A stretch of 64,000 nucleotides of DNA, taken from an uncultured virus (IMG/VR IMGVR_UViG_3300028840_007129). Taxonomy: Duplodnaviria; Heunggongvirae; Uroviricota; Caudoviricetes. The position numbers and the translations under genes are program-made. Positions 10,399 through 19,064 of the stretch are shown here, one piece after another. The stretch's first letter is position 1, and every line of letters begins with the position of its first letter. The stretch lies in IMG/VR virus record IMGVR_UViG_3300028840_007129; one strand, 5' to 3'. A model generated the notes under the pieces. The model was not told the DNA's origin and did no database searches. It saw only the letters and a program-made list of their open reading frames with translations.

Positions 10399-10656
10399 TC
10401 ATCCGAACGTGGCTTTCGGACGGACTGTCATGTTCCCGTTGTCGTGGGGTTCCACCACGTAATCAGAAAACTCACCCAGACCGACATCGAAGTACTGGGC
10501 AAGAGCAGTACGAACGATACCGGTTCCGATAGTGGCCGCAGTGGGTGGGACGTTTCCTGGGATACCGAGGGCCTCATACTTCTCCTCGGGAAAGAGGTCC
10601 ACGAACTCGATGTCTTTCGACTCTCCGTTGTACCGAACGTGTACGACACTCATCAT
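10399..10656 (-). CDS. Putative ubiquitin-like (beta-grasp) modifier
   Basis: 85 aa, beta-beta-alpha-beta pattern, ends RPKATFG in Gly; same cluster as E1 and JAB. Confidence 0.6.
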   Translation of the reverse strand: MMSVVHVRYNGESKDIEFVDLFPEEKYEALGIPGNVPPTAATIGTGIVRTALAQYFDVGLGEFSDYVVEPHDNGNMTVRPKATFG

Positions 10657-10725
10657 TTCCTCCCGTGTAGAGGTACAGCTATTTGATGATACTCGGTTCT
10701 TGTTCGTTTATAAAGTTACAGACTC

Positions 10726-10763
10726 AAAAAAGAAGGGGGCCCGGAATCGCTCCGGGCCCCCTT
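10726..10763 (-). terminator. Intrinsic terminator after the ncRNA array
   Basis: 13-bp stem AAGGGGGCCCGGA/TCCGGGCCCCCTT followed on the minus strand by a U-tract. Confidence 0.8.
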
Positions 10764-10777
10764 ATGACTAAGAAAAG

Positions 10778-10868
10778 ACGGTGGAGCAGTGCCTTATAGG
10801 ATAAAGTCTCCTTGCGGCATCAGATTCGTACCGTATGTAATCGCTAATCTTTTCATATACTCCACCGT
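10778..10868 (-). ncRNA. Y-RNA-like unit 1 (minimal)
   Basis: Terminal stem ACGGUGGAG/CUCCACCGU, inner helix UAG(C)GAU/AUCCUA with bulged C, UACAU motif, T-loop-like GGUACGAAUC. Confidence 0.55.
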
Positions 10869-10878
10869 AAGTAAAAAA

Positions 10879-11011
10879 GAGATTGTGCTAGTCGCGGATG
10901 CAGAGTTTGGTACACGAAGATGGGTTTGAACCATCGACTGTCAGGTTAAGAGCCTGATGCCCTACCACTGGGCGATTCGCATGTATGCATCTACAGTTGG
11001 GGCACAATCTC
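10879..11011 (-). ncRNA. Y-RNA-like unit 2 enclosing a full tRNA-Lys
   Basis: Terminal stem GAGAUUGUGC/GCACAAUCUC, inner GAUGCA/UGCAUC, motifs CCAAC, UACAU and GACUA. Confidence 0.75.
10908..10982 (-). tRNA. tRNA-Lys(CUU)-like with encoded CCA
   Basis: Cloverleaf: AUGCGAA/UUCGUGU, D arm GCCC-AGUGGUA-GGGC, anticodon arm UCAGG-CUCUUAA-CCUGA, T arm GAUGG-UUCAAAC-CCAUC, ACCA. Confidence 0.8.
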
Positions 11012-11038
11012 CTTTATTTTGTTTCAGTTACTTATATA

Positions 11039-11205
11039 AGAAAAGGTCACTCTAGTCATCATGCTGTTTTTTACTGAGCTATCCCCCCGCTGGATGCTCT
11101 TTAAAGCACCGAGCGGGGGGATGACGATTTGAACGTCAGACCATCAGTTCCGATAACTGAAGCTCTATCCATGTAAGCATGCGTAGTTAGGGAGTGGCCC
11201 TTTCT
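11039..11205 (-). ncRNA. Y-RNA-like unit 3 enclosing a circularly permuted tRNA-like domain (11073-11170)
   Basis: Terminal and inner stems, UACAU and GACUA; order is 3' D half, anticodon arm, T arm, hairpin-closed acceptor stem, 5' D half. Confidence 0.75.
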
Positions 11206-11220
11206 TGTTCTCTTTTTTAG

Positions 11221-11359
11221 AATGAGGCTGCATTAGTCGATAATGCAGGTTTGGTCGCTAAAGAGGGATTTGAACCCTCGACATTCAACTAGTAAGGTTG
11301 ATGCCCTACCACTGGGCTACTTAGCATGTATGCATCACCCGTTGGGATGCAGCCTCATT
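11221..11359 (-). ncRNA. Y-RNA-like unit 4 enclosing a full tRNA-Val
   Basis: Perfect 13-bp terminal stem AAUGAGGCUGCAU/AUGCAGCCUCAUU; motifs CCAAC, UACAU and GACUA. Confidence 0.75.
11252..11326 (-). tRNA. tRNA-Val(UAC)-like with encoded CCA
   Basis: Cloverleaf: UGCUAAG/UUUAGCG, same D arm as unit 2, UCAAC-CUUACUA-GUUGA, GAGGG-UUCAAAU-CCCUC, ACCA. Confidence 0.8.
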
Positions 11360-11365
11360 GCGCTA

Positions 11366-11394
11366 ATAATATACATTTTGCCGGGCAAAGTCAA
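11366..11394 (-). promoter_or_regulatory. sigma70-like promoter for the ncRNA array
   Basis: TTGACT-N17-TATTAT; predicted start near 11359-11360 coincides with the 5' end of unit 4. Confidence 0.7.
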
Positions 11395-11426
11395 GAAGAA
11401 AATTTCTTTTTTTATAAGATACTGAT

Positions 11427-12326
11427 TTATTTGCTCTTTATAGCTTTGTTCAGGGCTTCCGCTGCATCCATGAGATCTTTTTTATTCATGCTTTGACCTC
11501 TAGGGCTTCCTGCAATACCCCCGTGACCACCGGCTTCTGGTCCCCATAAATCCTGTACAATTTTTTGGCATGATACCCCAGGTATAGGTCTTTCTAATGA
11601 TATGGTTACAGACCCGTGTTTTGTGTTCATGGCGGCAACACCCTTATAGACTTTTTTATCATGGTTATAAAGGTGGTTAACAAACTGGTCAGCCTTTCTA
11701 ACTATTACATCACCTACGATTTTAATGAAGCTGTCTTTCTCTAACTGACTGTTTTGTTTTTTTAAATCCCGGCCTTTTCCGATGAGTTCCGCGTCTTTTG
11801 CTTCTATTTTAGACAGTAACTCTCCAGCCTTCAAAATATCAGATGTTACATCAGATACTTTATCTCGTGGTTTTCTCTCCATAGCTTCTTCTCTAGCCCA
11901 CCATGCATGAATTTTATCGATGTCTTCTTCAGAGAGATTCAAATCATTAAGACGGTGAGGACCATTAACATCTACAAAGCCTGAAATTTCACGGAGTCCA
12001 TCAGATACTAGATTACTCTTTCCTAATAAATCCAGGCATGCAATTATCGTATCTAGATCGAGGTGAGATACCAATATGGTACCCGATGAAAGAGGTGAAG
12101 GTTTAAGGGTTGAAACGGCCGGTTTCCCCTTATATTTACCCGTGTGATGGGCGAGAGTCCTTTCTGTGCCCCCTTTTACTTCTGATCCGTACTCGGCCTC
12201 TACTGTAACCTCAGCATCGATATCTTTTGCCAGATCCCATGTGGGGGCTAGGATCACCTTCACAGATCCGGCTATAAGACCTTTGTACCAGCCTTCAACG
12301 ATATCTCTCTCTGAAATAGTTCTCAT
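11427..12326 (-). CDS. DHH/DHHA1-like phosphoesterase
   Basis: TLAHH, VSHLDLDT and C-terminal AGGHGGIAGSPR motifs. Confidence 0.55.
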   Translation of the reverse strand: MRTISERDIVEGWYKGLIAGSVKVILAPTWDLAKDIDAEVTVEAEYGSEVKGGTERTLAHHTGKYKGKPAVSTLKPSPLSSGTILVSHLDLDTIIACLDLLGKSNLVSDGLREISGFVDVNGPHRLNDLNLSEEDIDKIHAWWAREEAMERKPRDKVSDVTSDILKAGELLSKIEAKDAELIGKGRDLKKQNSQLEKDSFIKIVGDVIVRKADQFVNHLYNHDKKVYKGVAAMNTKHGSVTISLERPIPGVSCQKIVQDLWGPEAGGHGGIAGSPRGQSMNKKDLMDAAEALNKAIKSK

Positions 12327-13596
12327 ACAATTAGACCCTTTTTTAAGGTTTAAAAGTACAAGAGGTATTAATACTTAATTATGTATAACTCCTTAGTTAT
12401 CGACACTTATATTTATCGATACAGCGGTAATGATGAAGGAGGAATTATGGGGTTTTCTCGTATCGTAATGATACTCATCGAATGTTCCTTCTCGGCTCAA
12501 AGCAGACTCTAGCTCTCTCTTCAGTTCGTCCGTCATGTCGATTGTTTCGTACCCTTCGTTATAGCTCGTCTCTTTTTGTAAAAGATATGGTGTGGCTCTC
12601 TACTCCCGCATTCAAGAAGAAAGCCTAAAGGTGTAGCTCAGACCTAGGGACCTCAGTGGTTAATGTGAGGCCGTTTTCAGACACCCTGATGAGAACGGTC
12701 TCTCCTCTATCCTCAAGAACATCCACCCACGAGCTGTGACTGACCGTTATCTCCAGTGATTCATTGCCGCTTTTATATATAGTCCGTGTAAGGGGCTTTC
12801 TTAATCTCATATCTTCTTTTTCCCGTCTATAATAGTATCTTGTATAATGTTATGCTCGTTGATAAACCATGCGTATAACTGTTGAGGGCCAGCATCCCCG
12901 TTCACTAAACATTCCTCAAGCAGGGCAATAGCATCAGGGACATTTGAGGGGCTCAAGAGTCGGACTTGTCGAGCGAGTTCCGATAGCTCAAGAGACGCAT
13001 CCATCCTCATTTCAGCCGCAGCAGCACCTGACAGCCCCTCCAGGCGATCAGAAATTTGAGAAATGGAATCCTGCGTCATTTCTTTCTCCTTGACGACACC
13101 TCTTTGCGGCACTGTTCAAGAAACGCTTTACTTACCTTTGAACTCCGGACCTTTACCAGTTTCAACATGTATACTGCCTCACAATTTGGGCAGTACATCG
13201 CTTTGCTAATCAACCCGCTTGAGACTTCTTCCAAATTATTACCGCAATTCTTACAAGCGGCATCCATTATCGTTGGAACAGCATGAAGACTGAATCCATC
13301 GAAAAGCATAGTTACTCCTCAGGGTATGTATATAAACATCTTCTTTCGATTTAAAGTTGGGAAGCTGTAATCGAGAACTTTCAGCCTAGTAGAACGCCTT
13401 ATTGCACTTTCAATTTGTTCCGGAAGATCCTCTATGATGGCCGTAGGAGCACCCTTTTTGATAGCATCAGCCGTTAAGACAAATACTAGTTCTGTAAATT
13501 TCATTCCACCACTATTATCTAAAACCCGAGCATATGCTAAATCCTCAAGGTTGATTATCTCTGATGGTCCCATGATTGTAGTTCCTTTTGTTTGAA

Positions 13597-14421
13597 TCAA
13601 AGATATCCCTCGTTATCCCTTGCCCATTCCTCTTGTGTAGTCTCTATAGCCTCTGAACCGTCCAAATGACTCAGGTTCGGATTATTGTCTTTTACTATTA
13701 GTTTACTGTCATTGATAATGACGTTTACTCCCCACTGGCCTGCATCCCTGTAATAGTAAGCTCCTTGTTCATTTATCCCGTTTAAAGCCAGGGCTACCCC
13801 AGAAATCGACACATATTTAGGTAGGTTGCGATAGAGGCCCTTGCTGTAGATAAAACCGCGCACATCCGGTAGTATAAGTCCTTCTATGCTTTTTCCAGCT
13901 TCCACCCTACTTCTTATCTCACTGCTTGAAATAGCCATCTGTATAGGGGGATCGAATACTTCTACATTCAGAAATTCGTCACGTGGGTTGCTGTAAGGTG
14001 GCCTCGTAACGAGAATAAAGGAGCACAACTTCTCCAGCTCTCTGTAGTTCACAAATCCCCTGATTTTTGACGCCCAATCCCATCCTATAACCCACTTTAT
14101 CTTTTTATTTGGGTATTTTCTCTTGAAATGGGAGACTGTTTCATATGCACACTCGAACTCATTATCTATATCAGCCATCGATACAGACATACCGGAATAC
14201 TTGAATGTCTTAGAGCACATGTGTGCCCTGTCTTGAGCACTTGTCAGATGCCTGTCTTTCCAAGGAGCCAGATAACTGGGTATCACTACCACCTCATCAG
14301 CTAGGCGCTCAAGTATCTGCCTGGCTACCCATAGATGACCTATATGAGGTGGGTCAAAAGAACCGGCATACAGAGCCATAGTGATGTTTTTAGACTCGAC
14401 AGCTTGGTCCATATTAATCAT
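13597..14421 (-). CDS. nadD: Nicotinate/nicotinamide-nucleotide adenylyltransferase with C-terminal extension
   Basis: YAGSFDPPHIGHL (HIGH), WVIGWD and ISSSEIR motifs. Confidence 0.88.
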   Translation of the reverse strand: MINMDQAVESKNITMALYAGSFDPPHIGHLWVARQILERLADEVVVIPSYLAPWKDRHLTSAQDRAHMCSKTFKYSGMSVSMADIDNEFECAYETVSHFKRKYPNKKIKWVIGWDWASKIRGFVNYRELEKLCSFILVTRPPYSNPRDEFLNVEVFDPPIQMAISSSEIRSRVEAGKSIEGLILPDVRGFIYSKGLYRNLPKYVSISGVALALNGINEQGAYYYRDAGQWGVNVIINDSKLIVKDNNPNLSHLDGSEAIETTQEEWARDNEGYL

Positions 14422-15676
14422 AGAAATCCCTCACATAGCCTTCAAGTTGTGGAGCATCCTGTATTAACTTCACGGTTATTTTAACATTGAACTTGTAGGC
14501 TATCTCTGAAACCAGTTTCATGACTATACCGTTATACTTACGCCCATATAGTTCAAATACCCATTGATTGCGGCCAGCTTCACGGAGCTCGTTGTTAAAC
14601 CATAGAATGCCTATAAAATGACGCCTCCTCTTAAACATCCCGAAAAAAGCTCTTTTCGGTTTATCATCCGGATCATCATAAATAATGCCTATGGAGTCAT
14701 CTTCGACTAGACTCTTCCGTTCAATTCCGGCAGTAGATGCAAGAGTAAAACCCCGCGACAATAAAAACCTTCCCGCTCTTATGGAAACACCCTCTTGGTA
14801 TTCAATGCCTGGGGTATCATTCATAATCTGATTATTATTCTCCATTTCTTACCTGACGCACATATGCTGCACTTTCCATCAGGCCCGCATGTACACCGCT
14901 CTATTCTTAAATTAGAAATAAGTTCAAAAAGTGCCCCAACCAAAAATATGAATAAGAGACCCATAACACATCCAAAAAGAATGTGCATAAGAGTACTCAA
15001 CATTTCAAACCCCTATGATTGTTTTTAGAAGTCTCTCTGTATCAGTAGTCGGAAAACGGACATCAAACTCCCACTGGTCATAGAATATCTGAACAAGCTG
15101 AAATAGGGCGAAAAACACAGAGAATGTGATCAGCCCTATATGGACAGCTAAATGGTCCATTTGTATTTCCAGGTAAATCATCGGAAACCACCAGAGTACC
15201 GTGAAAAGGAAAGAATAGAATCTCAATTTCCTATTACGGTATAATGGCATGACCCTGATGAAAAACCGGTCTCGGGTACGTATCACGGTTTTCATACACT
15301 CACCCACTCCTTCGATCCAAATAAGCACGCGCCATTGCATAACCTTGATCGCTCAGTAGAAGCATACTATTATACTTACTCATAATTTCAAACATGGGAC
15401 CTCTCCACAAATAACCCTGTGCTTCCGTTTCATGAAGCAGCGCTTCAATTTTTGAGGCTAGGGCGTGTACATTCCTGTCATTATAAATAGTAAAATGGTA
15501 GCTATCTAAAATCTGTCTTAAATCATCGATGAAATCAGTGCTATTAAGGTCTATACACATATTTTCGTCAAAAAATATATTCAATCTGCCTTCACTTCGA
15601 TCTGATACTACCCTGTACATGGTAGTACACCCCTCAAACAGTACAGGCTCCATATGGAAGTCCACAGCTAACACTT

Positions 15677-15949
15677 TCAAAATGGTATCCCCGCTTTTTC
15701 AAAGATATGCCGGGCAACATCATTCAAAGGTATGGATGAAAAGATTTCCTTACCCGGATAATCTCTCTTCAGTTCCTCTAATGCTCTTGTGGCCTCTCCA
15801 TGACCAGGATTCGATGAGTGTATCTCATATACTGATACCCAGTCAGAGCTCACGGCTATCGTTATTGTAACCCCCTCGAACCGCCCCTCCATTATTTCTA
15901 CGTCATTATCCTGGAAGAGATATGAGGAAGGTGATTTCTCGTACTTCAT
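15677..15949 (-). CDS. Small GNAT-like protein
   Basis: PGHGEATRAL resembles the acetyl-CoA binding motif A. Confidence 0.45.
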   Translation of the reverse strand: MKYEKSPSSYLFQDNDVEIMEGRFEGVTITIAVSSDWVSVYEIHSSNPGHGEATRALEELKRDYPGKEIFSSIPLNDVARHIFEKAGIPF

Positions 15950-17559
15950 TGGGCACCGTATTTCGGGTGTTCTTCATATTTGTGGAGTGTTTCACCCTCT
16001 TCAACAAGGTCATCCGGATCCAAGTTGTGGAAATTACACTCTCTTATGGCTCTTCGGGTCTCTAAATGTACTTCTATTGCTCGTTCTAAGTACTTAGCAA
16101 ATACCTCTTCTTTAATAGTCCCCTCAAGATTATTCATCCCTATCTCTATAAGGGCCTGCTCAACTACGGCATTGGTTATCTCCGCCTGGGTGAATTTCTC
16201 CCGAACACATTTCTCCATGATATTAAGGACAGGAGCCCTGTTTTCAATTACAATATCTGTATTGCAGTAGTTCTCTTTGACGGCCATGAGACGTGATTCC
16301 ATGACCTCATAGGCCTCCTCAGCCGAATCAGGCGGGAATATCTCTATAACCCTATCCGACCGTCCGGGCCTGTTGATGATGGTATGGTGGACCCCGGAAG
16401 TGTCGTTCACCGTATAAATGATGACCATGTTCAAGTTCTTATTAACATCATCGATGCAATCCAGAAATGCACCCGTCTTCGAGTTCTTCTCACGCATGCC
16501 GCAGGCCTCAAGGTCCTCGATCATCACCACAAGAGGCTGGAACATGCGTATAAGAAAAAATTTGTTGCGTATCATAGAGGCACTACTGAAATCATCAGGG
16601 GTCATATAAAAGACCATGTACTCGGTGAGATGCTGTTCTATATATCTGAGGATGGATGACTTACCGGTGCCCTGGCGTCCGACGAAAGCGTAAGTCCGTT
16701 TCCGGCCACTTTTCAACACAAAACGTATCTCGTCCAGGAACTTATCGGCATCAAACTGATTGAGATGCTCTGTTATTTTTCTACGGGGCTCACCTAAGAG
16801 CACCCCCTCCCCTTCGCTCTGTCCGAATTTGATGATGTTATTCTTGTAATTGAGACTATTCACGTAGTCAAAAATTATAGACTCCCGTATAGTCGCATGG
16901 ATCTCTGAGTTTAAGGACTTTCCAAGTATGAAGGAAGCATTGATATAAGTGTTCCCAAGAGGGCCAGCTACGATAGACATGTCCCAGATATATGTTTCCC
17001 CATTATATTGGAAAATGGCACTGACCTGTTTGACCTCATCAGTGTCTACCGACTCTATCTCCTCCATTTTGATGAAATCAACATACTTGAGAATCTTAAG
17101 TCGTGTTGTGCTGGGACTGTGTAGGAACCATAGAGCTATGCTGGAGTTCAGCTCTGAGGGACAATGGGGGACATCCCCATAAACAGGGTCATCCTCTGAG
17201 ATATTCAATAGCTCAGATATTTTTATCATCCTCTTTCGATAGAGGTCATCATCATCTGGACGGATATTTCTGATGTAGTTATTGAGCTTACTATATAACT
17301 CGGAACCAAAAAGACCCACAGTAAGACCGTACTGGGCAATTTTGATGATGCTCTTAATACGCCTGCTCTTAATCAGGTTCCCCGTTGCCCCAATAGCTAA
17401 GATTCCGGTCAGTCGCTTTAACAGGACCTCCGGGTCATTCTGATACTCATGAGCCAGGAAATTCAGGGGATGGTAGAGGATGTTCTTCCTGCTGATGTTA
17501 ATGATATTTTTTCTGTCTTCGACAGGTTCATTGGTTTGTAATTGGTGATACTTTCTCAT
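15946..17559 (-). CDS. AAA+ ATPase
   Basis: Walker A GRQGTGKS, Walker B VMIEDLE, sensor TVN and arginine finger NRPGRSDR. Confidence 0.88.
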   Translation of the reverse strand: MRKYHQLQTNEPVEDRKNIINISRKNILYHPLNFLAHEYQNDPEVLLKRLTGILAIGATGNLIKSRRIKSIIKIAQYGLTVGLFGSELYSKLNNYIRNIRPDDDDLYRKRMIKISELLNISEDDPVYGDVPHCPSELNSSIALWFLHSPSTTRLKILKYVDFIKMEEIESVDTDEVKQVSAIFQYNGETYIWDMSIVAGPLGNTYINASFILGKSLNSEIHATIRESIIFDYVNSLNYKNNIIKFGQSEGEGVLLGEPRRKITEHLNQFDADKFLDEIRFVLKSGRKRTYAFVGRQGTGKSSILRYIEQHLTEYMVFYMTPDDFSSASMIRNKFFLIRMFQPLVVMIEDLEACGMREKNSKTGAFLDCIDDVNKNLNMVIIYTVNDTSGVHHTIINRPGRSDRVIEIFPPDSAEEAYEVMESRLMAVKENYCNTDIVIENRAPVLNIMEKCVREKFTQAEITNAVVEQALIEIGMNNLEGTIKEEVFAKYLERAIEVHLETRRAIRECNFHNLDPDDLVEEGETLHKYEEHPKYGAQ

Positions 17560-19064
17560 GAATTCCCTTGATACGAATAAGTTTCATCAGCCATCTGGGA
17601 AGCTGAAGCGTGATAATACCCTTTTTTTGACACTTCCAGCACGGCTGAAATATCCCATTCCATAACTGAAGTACTGCAGGTTCCTGACCGCAAACAGGGC
17701 AGGGCATATTATGCTTTGCCCATGGCCCGCCATCAGTAATAATGTCTACTTCCAGAAGCGAGCTCATTTTTCTTCCCCATCATGACGGTCACCAGGACCC
17801 GGAACCAGGCCACCGAATAATGACACCGGTATGCCACTCGCCCAACAGGAGCTACACACCGTTACTGTGTTATCGCTGCGGGGAGTAGATATGATATATT
17901 CCTGACCACGTTTTAAGGACAGAGACAGGTTACCATCTGAAATCACGGTATCTTCCAGGCAAATCCCCCTGAACGTCCTCATTTATTCTTTCCTTTCCGG
18001 ATTGAACGCATTTTTAAGATGCGATAAGGATGAGTTGAGCTCGTTTTTAACGCGCTCTATTTCTTCTTCCTTTTTCTTAATAAGCTCTTCCTCACCAGCA
18101 TCGGCCTTAAAGACGCCACCCGTGATTCCGAAGAATGCAGGGTTGTTGGAAAGGTCTGTAGCCATAATAGCTCCTTCGTTTTAAGTGGTTCCTGGTCTAC
18201 GTAGCCTTGAAAGTACCTTTTTTGCTGCACTGTAACGGCCGTGAATGGTATCGCGATCTACAATGCATTGCTCAGAACGAATCAGCCCCTTATATCCTAC
18301 CAAACGCCCCAAATTTGGGCACGACACTAGGACGAGCGGGTGGCATCTTTCCTAATTCGACGTCCCAGAATGCTCGTAGACGTTCTGCTCCTATATAGGG
18401 GCTATCGCACCGTGAATCACCCCCTCTATCGCCGCCAACACAGTGTATCTCACCACTCTCATGGATCATGAGCTTTACCTCAACCCACCCAGAACCGTAA
18501 GACTCACAGGGGGTATCATCCTTTTCCCAGTGAATGAACCGTTTGATAAAATCATAAACTCTATCGACGATTCTCATGACCATTCGATCCGTGAAACTGG
18601 GCTCGATAGGATTCATCTCAAGGAATTTGTACACATCAGTCTTATTGGGCATCTTACAGACAGATGCACCAGCGGATTTTTTGGCACACTCCTCGATCAC
18701 CAACCCCTGAGATGCCTCAACAGCCTTCTTTGCACACTCCTTGAAAGCCAGGCCCATTATCTCCGGATTTGTGTGTATACCGTTTTCTTTCCAATACTCC
18801 TCAAAATCAAATTTCATTTTTGGTCCTCATCTTTTATTGTAGTGGTTGGTAATGGATTACCACAGTGCCAGCAAAAGGAATAGTAACTCCTAACGATTTT
18901 TCCACACCTGCTGCATTTTATCTTGGTAGTCTCTTTGCTTAGGAAAGGAGATGAAATCCCATAGGCCCCCATAATCTTTTCAACAATGGCTTCGTCCCTC
19001 TCGGTTCGAATTACACCCCGTAGTCCTAACTGTTTCCAGATTTCTCTTAGGACCTTCTCCACCT

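Noticed and set aside
11243..11425. 60-aa + strand ORF
   Set aside because: Antisense to the tRNA-containing ncRNA unit 4.
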